In this document: positions 27,258 to 38,345 of the stretch, one piece after another
How the letters are laid out: each line of letters begins with the position of its first letter
Numbering within the stretch: position 1 is the stretch's first letter
DNA from: Diadema antillarum
Taxonomy: Eukaryota
DNA length: 64,000 bases
Direction of reading: 5' to 3'
Assembly (NCBI RefSeq): GCF_040938485.1
Contig: NW_027271112.1
Coordinates: 62,001 to 126,000 of the forward strand
The notes under the pieces: model-generated
Databases searched by the model: none
Told to the model about the DNA's origin: nothing
What the model saw: the letters and a program-made list of their open reading frames with translations, nothing else
Program-made: the position numbers and the translations under genes

Positions 27258-30200
27258 CTAAGCTGCACTCGACAACACATTGAAAAAGTGGAAAACGTCG
27301 CTCTTGTCCAGCACTGCGACTTCTGTGTTGCATATTGAGCACTTCACAGGGTGGTAGAGCTCGTCCGAGGCCGAGCTGCCCCCACCATCTCCTCCTGCGT
27401 CCTCTCCCTCATCGTGCTTTCTCTTCTTCCTCCAGCGCTTCCTCTTGGAAGCGGGATATCGCAGCTGCTCGCTCCGAACAATGCAGCAGTTCATGACAAA
27501 CATAGCACGATACTGGTTCGAGTACACTTCGTGTCTCTGGCAGTCAATGCACAGTGTAGTCATGCAAGCCGGACAGTTCAAAATGGCGTCAGTCTTGTGG
27601 ACACCTGCCCCTCCATCTCCACCATCCGACGACTGCCCGGCGGCTTGGTCAGTCCCGCTAGCACCTGACCTCCCACTCTCCGACTGTCCCGCCCCTTTCC
27701 GGGGATAGTAGTACGCTCTCTGCTTGTCAATCCAGTTTTGGTTTTCAGTGTCAATATTCGGGTCATACAACAGTTCATCATTGCTTGGAATGGGCCGCTG
27801 CTTCGGTTGCTTGTTACCTGCAAAGCAAAATCAGAATAAGAAATATTTGAGATGTACAATGCCACCTCTGTATGATATTCTCTCTGCCCTTATTGATCTC
27901 CTAAAAGCCCAAACCAAAAAGCACTCCAAGATCCCTCTCTAACTAGAGCCAGGCATTCACAAGGGAAAATTTCCTTTCCAACATGAAGAAATGGCCGAAA
28001 TCGATTACAACAATAAAATATTTTAATAAGATAACCAAACATAATGACATATATACATATTAAGCATGCACGATGCTGAGAATAAAATTATTATTTCATG
28101 GGAAACTCTATGTATGACAAACAAGCTTCTGAAATAACAACAGTAACTTTTAGATAACACACTTCCCCCTTTTTTTTTTTTTAAATTTTCCTGCACTATT
28201 TTCATTCCATTTGTTACAGCACAAAAATGAAATGTGAGTTTCAATCGTTACCTTTGTCAAGTTCTACTTCCAAAGTGCAAAAGTATAACACATTAAAGGA
28301 TCTATTTCTGTTTACTGTGACCAATCATGATTTCTTTGTTACCTTGTCCAGTAATACAGGGGAAACTCGGTATAACGAACACTGCTATAACGAGATATCG
28401 GTTATTACGAGGAAATTTTCCCGGTCCCAAATTTCCTTCCACACAAGTCTATGTAAAATGCTACTCTTATAGCGAGATCGGCTATAACGAAATAACTGCT
28501 ATAACGAGATAAATTTTGTGATTTCCAAACAAAGAAAAACATAGCAAATCAAACCTGATATAGCGAGGTAAAGCAAAATGTCTGCGGGTAAAGCTTTACT
28601 TCGCCTGTGCTATCATGTTCCGAGATTGTAAAGCTCGATGCGCCAAAAACTGTCTTGCACACACATATTTTCTTCAGTTCACTCTACAGCTAGCACCGCA
28701 TGTTGTACGTGTATGTGTGTGTCTGAGCGCACTGATACATGCAGAAAATGTGGTGGGACGGCCGTATACATGACATCATCATGACGTTTAGCAAGTGTGA
28801 GGCAATCTGATGCTGTGATTGGCTTTCTACGTAGGGAATTCCCCATCTTCACACACACGCAGTCATAATGTACATACAGAATGAATGTGTCACACACACA
28901 CATCATTGTGCAGACCACATTCAAGCTTTCAACACACAACACACACCCATACCGTAACCACACACCAATCCACAGACGATCTTCACATAATCGCAAGCTA
29001 TATAGATTTACAAATTCAAACATCTACAATTGATAAGAAAAACATTCTTGATATCGGATTTCATTGGCGAAAAAACATTCTTACCCATAAAGGTGAGTAA
29101 TTACCTCACACACATTACCAAGTTATCAGTATTGATTGAAAGATGATGGGTAGTCCCACATGTGCAAATTAATGTCTTTATGTTATGCTTTCTGTTATGC
29201 CTACTGATATAACGAGATATCGGCTATAACGAGGAAAACGACTCGGTCCCGACCATCTCGTTATATCGAGTTTCCACTGTACCAAAATTATTGCTGTCGC
29301 CAGTATTATTTGAATGGAAGTTAATAAAGAATCATATAAGACAAAAAAAAAACCAACAACAACAGTGTCCTCAAAGAAATCAAATCAATGCCTTATATGA
29401 CTAAGGTTTAAGCCCTTAAAATAAAAGACTGACATTAATACATACTCTTCTTGCTCTTGCGCCCCTCGCTGCTCCCACTCGCTCCAGCTCCACTGGCAGA
29501 CGGCTTGTCTCCCTTTTCTTCCTCGTCGGAATCGAAGTAGATGTCGTCGTAGAACTGCTGTGCAGCTGGTTGGGATGAGGAAGCGGAGGAGGAGGGAGGG
29601 GGTGCTTCACCTGGAGCACCTTGTGTGGAAGATGGTTCTCTCTGGGATGTACCAGCCCCTCCTGCAGATGTCAGCCTTCTCTCAACTGAAAGGAAGCAAA
29701 AAAGAAATAATCATATGACTGAGACAGTGCTCTTGCAAAATGGTCAGCAGTTTTTGAGTTTCTGGAGGCTGCCACAGGCTTTGCCATATCATTACAATTA
29801 ATATTTTAGCACAATCACATCAAAAGATATCACCTTTTAGTGGGACCACCAAAAGCTGCAAAACAGGATGAGTAAATTTCATGATGTTGAAGATTACATT
29901 AAATACCTAAATGATAGTTTGAAACGTTTGGATGTAAGTTTGGGTCATTGACTCAATCACAACTGAGTAGACTTGTAGGTCGACTGTTTGTTCATTCACC
30001 CTCCTAGGAGAAAACATAAGAGATACTACTGTAACAAAAAGGTTCATAGATATACTATTGTGTGAAATGTGGTAGTGCAATTCATGAATTGGAGATAGCT
30101 ATGTTCTCATTTTGACCATTCCATCTCTTCCTAGAATTTTTTTCAAGCCTTGTTCAAATCAAGGTGATTTACCATTTGCCACAAACTGCTTCTCGTGATC

Positions 30201-31692
30201 TCTCATCGTCCTATCCAGTTCAAGCTCCATCTCTTTCTCAAATTCATCTTCACTGGACGACATCTGCAGGCTTCCATGACTCAGACTGCGAGTCAAACGA
30301 CGCTTCTGCTCGGGAGTTCCATGGAGGATTATGTCCAGTTCATCCTCTGAGCTGAAAACAAAACAAAAGTCACATTTCAAAACAAAACATTCATAACTCT
30401 GGAATATGCTTAAAATTTTGATTATACAGCTGTATACTTGTATGTGGACAGAAATTTGACAATACTGTTAAAGAAAAATGAGAAAAGGAAGAAGATGATG
30501 TGGAAAATTAAAATATATATTGAGGTGATCCCCTAGATGTACCTTGTACAAAAACAAAAACAGATTGTACCTCTATAGACTAAGAGGTCCTCATTGAGAT
30601 TAGTGCTGAAAAACCTCACTTTGCCAACTGGACCACACTAAGTAAAGTGTGTCACAACCAAGGGCAAATACAGTGAGTCCAAGAGAATAAAATTCATCTC
30701 ATCCACATTCATCAACATTGTCACTATCCATCATTATGAAAGGTAGTGTGCTGTGGTTCCAAACCAGAAGTCTTTTTACGATAAAAACAAACAAACAAAC
30801 ATACAAACTAACAAACTCACCAACAACAACCAAATGATAGAGTTAGAAATGCCAATGCACACCTATTCTGGTGACATAACATTTTGCTCATACAACAATT
30901 GCATCGGTCTTTTTCTCCAAGGACTATTAAAAGGAACAGAGTTTGGGTTGTGATAAATTAAAAATTTTTAAGTTAAGACCTAGATTCTAGTTTGATGCAC
31001 AGATTAGGATTAAGTTTAGGGTTGTGTTTCAGTGGTGGATCCACAGGGGATCGCACCGCGCCGGGTGCACGCGCCCCCCCCCCCCTTATTTTTTGTTAAA
31101 ACAGACGGAATTCCTGGATTCACCCCTGTGTTTGTGGGATTGCGGGTAAGCCCGGGGCCGTTGTAACCAGTAACATAACAGCAGGGTCGCTGGCGCTGGT
31201 GCAGATACTTTGAGTGGGTAGGGGTTATGTTTGGCTTTTAGCGTACATGTAAATTTACTGATATTTAATGAAAGCAAATGTCACAGAAGCAAATGTCATG
31301 GAAGCATCTATTTTCTATTAGTAATTGTGCGTAATTGTCTGTGACAGTGTGACATTATCAACATCAAAGAATCTTAATTTCTTCCGTCATGGTATTAACT
31401 ATTTTAATACACCAAGCTAATTTATAGACGGATAAGTTTATCTCATATATTCTACTTCTAGACACTAGTGAAAGAAAAGGCTCTTGAAAATTCATGTTTA
31501 AAATTTATCAAAATTTAATCATACTCGCAGTCGCACAACTCATGAACTGAGGCATGAGCTGATCATGCTGATGAAGAAAGGCTAGTTCTCCTAATAATCC
31601 TACCTCCCGTCGTCGTCTTCCCCGTAATCATTTGAAGTCCTGGAGGATTCTCTGCAAGGTTCCCCGAAGCGAAATGGTATATCACTGTCCAT
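27258..31692 (-). CDS. EAPP: E2F-associated phosphoprotein (EAPP), 4 coding exons, ~355 aa
   Basis: Exons 31692-31604, 30351-30173, 29685-29446, 27817-27258; phases 2/1/1 are consistent (1068 nt). Motifs [82 protein letters not shown] and [28 protein letters not shown] match the EAPP family. ATG context AAACATGG. Confidence 0.95.
28357..29279. mobile_element. Tc1/pogo(Tigger)-like non-autonomous element, TA TSD (923 bp), in an EAPP intron
   Basis: TA|CAGGGGAAACTCGGTATAACGA...TCGTTATATCGAGTTTCCACTG|TA, with repeated subterminal TATAACGA motifs. Confidence 0.85.
31030..31128. mobile_element. Short hAT-like MITE remnant with poly-C core
   Basis: CAGTGGTGGATCCA...TGGATTCACCCCTG imperfect TIR. 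TSD unclear. Confidence 0.45.
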
Positions 31693-31699
31693 GTTTGTT

Positions 31700-33000
31700 G
31701 AGTTTGACTCTGACTGTGTCTGTGCAATTCACTTGAGTTAGCTGGCGCTGGCTAGGGGAGGCCGTTTTCTGGTCAAGCTTTCACTTCAGCAGTCAGGGTC
31801 TGTCACCGGTCACCTCCCTTCCATTCACTCAGTCCCAGTGTTGTAACTTACTGAGTACCTGAATTACTCAAGCGTCTGGTAATGCCGATACAACTCAACT
31901 GCCCTATTGAAGCTACTCAAGTCGAGCGATCAGTCAGTCCATACCATGCATGCATAAGGCATTGGGCACGTACCACCATCATACCAGCTGTCATAGCCGC
32001 CGCACCGCCGGACGGAGAGGCTTGTGCAAGTGGGTGCCCAAAGAACACGAAGTCATGGGATTATTGGCGTAAAAGCTGCGGTGTTTCCGGTCAATCAATC
32101 ACGTACTAGTTCGATCGAGGGCGAGCGGCATAATTTGCGCGCGCGGATGTGTGAACGCACCATAGAGCTTAGTATATATCTCTATGGAACGCACGCACAG
32201 CACAATCGCAAACGTTCTCAGCGGACACGCGTACAGCGTACATATACATTGTACGTACAATGTACCATGAATTTTAACCAGTCACACGTGACACAAAGCT
32301 AAAGAAAATTAAAGGGAACATCTCTACCCTCAGCTAGCTCGCCGGCCGGTGTCAAAGGACGTGGGCAGTCGTGTACACAACACACTACCTTTGAAAGTAT
32401 ATCTCAACATTATTCACCTCAACTCAAGTGAGTATTGCTGGAATCGTATCATTCCCCATGCCATGTAACGTAATTTGAAGTAGAGACTAGAGGGGTGTCT
32501 AGGACTCTCAGTAGAGTCTAGGCTTTAATCACGTCGCTGTTGCTTAGAGTCATCGGACATCATACACATTAACTGCGACCGGCAGCCCCATTCGCACTAA
32601 CATACACATAGGTTTATAAGTTATGTAAAACATAGTTTAGACCCTAGACTCTAGTTACTGACGAACACTACAACACACAACAATGAACTGTTAAACCACA
32701 CAAGGCCAAGGAAAACCGGACGTGCTGCGTGTTCAGATCTATTCAACCCTGGGGAGCTGCTAGCCTATGCCGCTTTAGTGGAATAGTGCATTAATTAATA
32801 CACTATCACTACCTAATGCCACGCTAGTATCACTTTGACCGAAAGATCGGTCTGTATCTGTCCGTCGGGGAATGTTCCGCGGAGACTGCGTCTGGCTTCA
32901 CGGATCCCCTTGACAGTGCTTGAGGACAGCGTTAATGGCAAAATATTAAAGAGTCCTCCGGACAGACGGATCTTTCTGTCTAAGTATCACTATGCACTCA
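31700..33000. promoter_or_regulatory. CpG-rich divergent promoter region between EAPP and the SMIM26-like gene
   Basis: Marked CpG enrichment between two head-to-head genes. TSS positions are not determinable from sequence. Confidence 0.5.
32835..32982. mobile_element. Non-autonomous DNA transposon, 9-bp TSD family, copy A (148 bp)
   Basis: Ends TTGACCGAAAGATCGGTCTG...CAGACGGATCTTTCTGTCTA (20-bp TIR, 3 mismatches). TSD AGTATCACT at 32826-34 and 32983-91. Confidence 0.85.
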
Positions 33001-34523
33001 CCAGTGCGGTTTGTTGGAGGTCCAACTCCAACTGGCTGTATTAAACGTTAATGATAATATTTCACATAGCTGTCAGAAAAGAAACTTTTCCACAGGTAAT
33101 TTTAAAGGTGCAATTGTTGTTTGATGATCGAGGTCTGGGTCAGTGCCGTGTCATCTTTCTGAGCAATCTGATCGACATCTGAAGATTAAAATTCCACAGG
33201 AGATGTTTGGGTATAAATTGGGAATGGGAGGTCTAACAGTTAGCCTACTGTAAATTAGTTTCTTTATACTCATCCAACTTCTATTCCAAGATCCAAGATT
33301 CATTTTGAAACGCTAACAAAATGTTGGCTTTATTTCAGTGATTTTTCTTACCGGTATTCATTTATTATTAAACTTAAATGAAATTTCACCTGATGTCGTT
33401 ATATGACACAAAAGTAAAGTTTAAATCCCATCCAGAAATATGTGCAAAAGTGTAACTCTGACTATGAGTCACTCTAAGCTGTAATTTTTATGTTGTGAAA
33501 GTAATAGCCCGACCAGACGGCGTGCGAACTTGTGTACAGCGACAGGGCTGTGTATAGTTTAATATGAAAGTATGGTATTTGAAACTCTACCCTCACTGGA
33601 AAGACGATTTATTGTTTTTCCGATCACTTTCTACAAATGAAATAAATATGGTATATATTCCTCATTCTTCAAGGCAAGTGATGTATAAAGTCATGTAAAC
33701 TCAAGTGTTGGTAATCTTTATTCTTATTTCATCAATCTTGGCACAATTTTTATTTGCACATCCCCATGTTTCTACCACATGTATCGCTCATAAGTACATG
33801 TAATTACCATCATAAGGACATACAGTACAGACTTGTCTTGATCCTTGAAGAGAGAGGCTGGTCAATAGTGGTCATTTAATGCAACCAATGACACATGAAT
33901 CAATTGTTCTTCTATCTGTGTGACAGTTCCAGTTTGGCACATACTTTTGTAAATGTTTTTTAGTGGCGGCATCAAACATGGGATCAAAGGTATGGATTAT
34001 GACTGTTGTGACTCCATCTCTTGAACCTCCTTGGTTGTACGCTATGCTAATACTGTCACACAAAACTCATAATTCCAGCTGTGCAAGGACAATGAGAGTA
34101 TACTGTACTATAAAGTAAATAATTTTTAAGATTTTGATATCCTACTTGTACTGTGTTAAATAGTTATTAACATATTTTGTTTGTTGACAGAAAGGACAAG
34201 ATAGAGGAGAAAAACTTGCCACCTCTGTCTTTATTCTCGTCCTAGGTAGCTCTTGTATCTTCCAGCCACACTGAGGATCGATCATTCTTATTTTCTACAT
34301 TGTAACTGTGATAGAATCTTGAGGTTTTGTTTGTTTGTTTTTTCTTCTTCTTCTTTTTCTGTTTTTCTTGATTGTTTCTCAGGTATCTACATTACTGGGT
34401 GACAGTTGGAAAAATCGATGAGAAAATTCCTCTTTGCCACTTTATAGAGTCTGCCACCCTCACATTATCCCTTGTGATGTTTTAGCACACATTGGATTGC
34501 TGGACTGAAGGTTTGGGTGCACC

Positions 34524-35942
34524 ATGTGGAAGTATCTTCGATTTCTGAACCGGAGGCTGGACAGGAGTAAGAATTCTGTGTGGGGCAGGAGAGTGTCGCT
34601 GTTCTATGCATTTGGAACTTGGACGCTACTCGGCGTTTTCTTCATCAAGTGGAGACAGGAAGGCCTGGACCTGAACGCAGCAGTCTCAACGGAAGCGCCA
34701 AATCTTTCTGACGAGGAGAAGACAGAGCTAAAGAGGGAAAGGATGTTGAAATTGAAATTAAGTGAGTTGCTCTTCTACTGTAGTTGCAGTCCCTTTTGAT
34801 TTAAGTGACAGCTCAATCTAGACCTCATACCTTGGTTTCCATATAAAGGGCTACACCACTACAATTTGTACAGTCAACTTTGTGTACATGTAAGTCAAAT
34901 CCATTTGGACGGAAGAAATAGCTTTGACTTAGAGAAAACTAGACTTATGAGGGATTAAAATCAATAGAACATGAAGAGAAGAGGACTTGAAAAGACCTTT
35001 GACTTTCATAGGCGATTATTAAACTTACATGAGGTCAACTTAGCAAGGTTGACTGTAGTTTGGTAGTGGCAGCTCTTTAGGTGCAGAAGAAAAAGACCTG
35101 GCACGTACATATGAACAGAGAACAGGAATTCTTCCCACCCCATCCACCTCTCCCTCATAGTAAAAAGCAAACAAACTAACAAAAGAAAGAATAACAGATT
35201 TATGGTGAATGGGTACAGCATCATATTTTTAACTATGGCTTTGAAAGAGTGATATAAAATGTCTTTGAATAGTATATTTATTTCAATAGCTCTCCTATTT
35301 TGCAAGCTCTGGAAAACAGTGGTTATCTTTAGAGTAGAATGCTTACATGCAAACCAACCTTTAAAATTATTGCACTTCAAAGAAATAATCTATTTTTGCA
35401 TCCAAATACATGTTCATATAAATACCATTTCCTCCTTCAGTTTAGCCGTCGAGATTTCTCTCTGACTAGGAATGGCAATTCACACCATTAAGTTGATTTT
35501 GTGATTCAATTCCCTACATGTTTCAATAACACGCATGGCACAGTATCATGTGTTTGAAATGGTCTTGAACCCTGCAACCAACCTGCCTTTGCCAGTAAAT
35601 TTGGTATCCGTGTATCTAACATGGAGTCATATTTTATATGACTGTACATTGTACTGTCAACAGTCAACACCAGTACTTTGATACACTGTGAAGTGCTCCT
35701 TGAGTTTCAGGCTTAATTTATTTGGTCTTTGTAAAGATATAGTGTAAGAATGTGATGCTCTATGTGTCTTTTGACACTTGAAGTTGAATTTCTAAAATTC
35801 CCTCTTCTCTATTTGATGTTGTTTATTTACTGGTCTTTCATTTATTCATTTATTTTTTTTTTATTTTGCCATTACAGGAAATGAGGAGACAAGTTTGTAT
35901 GTGGCGGAAAATGTGTACACCCCCCTGGACTTCATGGCGTAG
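34524..35942 (+). CDS. SMIM26: SMIM26-like small integral membrane microprotein, 2 coding exons, ~100 aa
   Basis: Exon 34524-34761 (ACCATG context, donor A|GTGAGT) joins exon 35878-35942 (long pyrimidine tract + CAG, TAG stop). WGRRVSLFYAFGTWTLLG resembles SMIM26 WYRRMSVVYGIGTWSVLG, and LYVAENVYTPLDFM resembles FYVETVVTYKEDFV (both recalled). There is a single hydrophobic segment. Confidence 0.7.
34871..35055. mobile_element. Tigger-like MITE (CAGTCAACCTTGCT family) in the SMIM26-like intron
   Basis: TA|CAGTCAACTTTG...AGCAAGGTTGACTG|TA. Confidence 0.8.
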
Positions 35943-36359
35943 CATCTCGCCCAGTTCCAGTGGAGAACCTTGATATGGATGTGTGCAAACATGTATTGGA
36001 CCCGCTCCTACATAAACATGTGGACAGAACATAGACAGACAAGGATTACCTGAAAGCAATGTGCAGTGGAAATTTCACTTGTTGTCTTCAATTTCAGCTG
36101 AAATGACAGTGACAAACTTTTATGCCATCTCTCTTTTTGGGACACCACATCAGTTTTCAAGCTTATCTTACATATGGAGTGTTGGGAGCACTTCTTAAAG
36201 GATGCACTTTATTGTTCCTTTGGACTCTGTGAATATGATTTATGTTTCCTTTTATTATGATTAATGCATGTGCTTATGTGTGCTTTGTACAGAGATGATT
36301 TGAGCTCAGATTTAATTTACATGACCACTACAGAAGTACAGTTGTAGTCAAATACTTAT

Positions 36360-36497
36360 AAGCAAGTTACCCCAGGACAGATTTCTCCATGGGCAGCCTT
36401 CAAAGAAGGAGGCATTGAGAGTGCTGCTGCTGCCAGCAAACTTGAACCGGCAACCTCATGAGTGTCTATTGTCTCATCTCTTGAGTCACAACAGCTC
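36360..36497 (-). mobile_element. Possible degenerate tRNA-derived SINE
   Basis: Minus strand reads GCTGTTGTGACTCAA (A-box-like; the same 15-mer occurs on + near 16350) followed by GGTTCAAGT (B-box-like, 36448-36440). Weak. Confidence 0.3.
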
Positions 36498-36510
36498 TAT
36501 GTGAATGTGA

Positions 36511-38030
36511 CCATGGGGCTATTACGAGCCCTTTGGTTGAGATAAATATTAAGATTTTAAGTTTTTGCCCATCTGCCCATGTCGATGGCCGTTGACTTAT
36601 AGTTTGATACTTCTTCCTCGGGTTTCTTGCTGTGTAGACCTTCCTTAGGCATTGAAACTTACTCAGAACTGATATCAGGTGTTCCTTTCCTTCTGCATTT
36701 GCAATGAGCTCCATGGGGCTATTACAAGCCTTTGGTTGAGATTAAGATTAAGATTTTAACATTTTGCTCATCTGCCCATGTCGACGGCCGTTGACTTATA
36801 GTTCTATACCTCTTCTTCCTCCAGGTTTCTTACCCTGTAGACCTTCCTTAGACATCGAAACTTACTCAGAAAGGATTTCAGGCGTTCCTTTCCTTCTTCA
36901 TTTACAATGAGCTCCAAGAAACATGATTCGTTTTGAGGATTGAAGAGCTCCCTGGCATGATTGCCAGGTATCATTAGGTTTGGCGCCAACCCAATCATTT
37001 CACGAACATGGTCATTCAACCGCTTCTCGGCATCGTCCAGGAGTTCCTTTACGTCATGTGTTGCCTCCCACACCTGCACACCTGCGATCTCTCTCATGAT
37101 CAGTTTCTTGAAAAACTGACCTAAATTGATGACAGCATGTGTTGAATCTAGAAGTTTCATTCCGGGATCAGAAAGGAGAATGGGCCTGCTTTTCACTCCC
37201 TTGGCGATGTCGCCCAATTCTGCCTGCGAAAGTTTGTCTGGATTGATTTCCAAATAAGATGCTAGGTCTGCAGTCTCCATGTAGGTCCGGTCAATCTTGA
37301 AGTTTCCAAGTTCCAACTTGGCTGATTCTCAAGTGGCATGGCATAAAGTGCAAAGGTCTTTCGAGCCACTACCTTTCAATCCTCCGTCAGACCTATCAAG
37401 TTTTTCGTTGATCATGGAGTTGTAAATTTTGAGGCGATGCAGACATGTGGAGTTTACAGTGTATGTTTTCATCACTTGGCCTTGCATGAGGTTTCTCTTG
37501 AACTCATTGTCACGCGCAACTAAATAGCTTTTGATGGCGAGTTTCTGTCTCCAATGGCTTCTAGAATCGGCCTGTTGATGTGCATGGCATTGGGCTTCTG
37601 CTCCTTGGAAGTCTGTGATTCGAGTGCCATCCTTCTTCACCACCTCTGACTGAAGAACTGCAAATGCTGCCCTGAATGCCTTGTCAGGCAAATAGTGTTG
37701 GAGGAGCCATTGTAAAATGGAATGTCCCCCATTCCATCTACACCATCTTTGATTGCGGTGTGCAGGATAAGCTCTGGATCATCAGTGAAAATCCATGCTG
37801 GGCGAGCCCTTCAATGATGTCTATATCCAGCTCCTCCAATGTTTTTGCGACAGCCTCTCTGTAACTCCACATCACACCTACAACTGTATGCAGTTTGACT
37901 CGGCAATCTCTCGAACAATGGCAGCCCCCCGATCACCTGTGGCTCAAACATATTACTGATGTGGGTCATTTGGAGATCCTATCGTTTGACAGGGGTGTGA
38001 TGCATGTAGCTGCTGGTAACCATCATGCCA
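36511..38030 (-). pseudogene. Degenerate RAG1-core-like (RAG1L/Transib superfamily) transposase fossil
   Basis: Collinear RAG1-core motifs across shifting frames: WSYREAVAKTLEELDIDIIEGL; KDGVDGMGD (D600-equivalent, codon 37738-37736); PDKAFRAAF; EQKPNAMHINRPIL; NSMINEKLDRSDGGLKGSGSKDLCTLCHAT; ELGDIAKGVKSRP; LDSTHAVINLGQFFKKLIMREIAG; HVREMIGLAPNLMIPGNHARELF; LIVNEEGKERLKSFL...LRKVYR. Several frameshifts and stops. Confidence 0.85.
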
Positions 38031-38054
38031 AAGAATGCACTTCCAGGCATGAAA

Positions 38055-38345
38055 GATGGCTCCCTCTATGGGGAATTCAAAGTTTTTGAAGAAATTTGGT
38101 CTTGAAATGGCTGAGATATCCAAAAACAAAAGAGGTCCTAATGAAAAATGGGACCCACCTTTTATTAGGACCTCTTTGTTTTCAGATATCTCAGCTTTTC
38201 TAAACCATTTCTTTAGTAAAAGTATAAACTTTGAATTCCTCTTAGAATTGTATACTCTTGAATATCTCATAGTTTCTAATTACAAAATATCTCGTAAAAA
38301 GTTAAAATCTGAATTCCCCATTTCAGCTAAACCTATACCATCCCT
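38055..38345. mobile_element. Partial TTAA-TSD MITE (right portion) abutting the 5' end of the RAG1-like fossil
   Basis: Contains GAAATGGCTGAGATATCCAAAAACA and ends CCCT|TTAA like the family above. The left TIR was not found. Confidence 0.7.

Noticed and set aside
33000-36500. A RAG2-like (kelch + PHD) gene convergent with the RAG1-like sequence, as in ProtoRAG
   Set aside because: No kelch- or PHD-like coding signal was seen on the + strand; the space is occupied by the SMIM26-like gene and a MITE.
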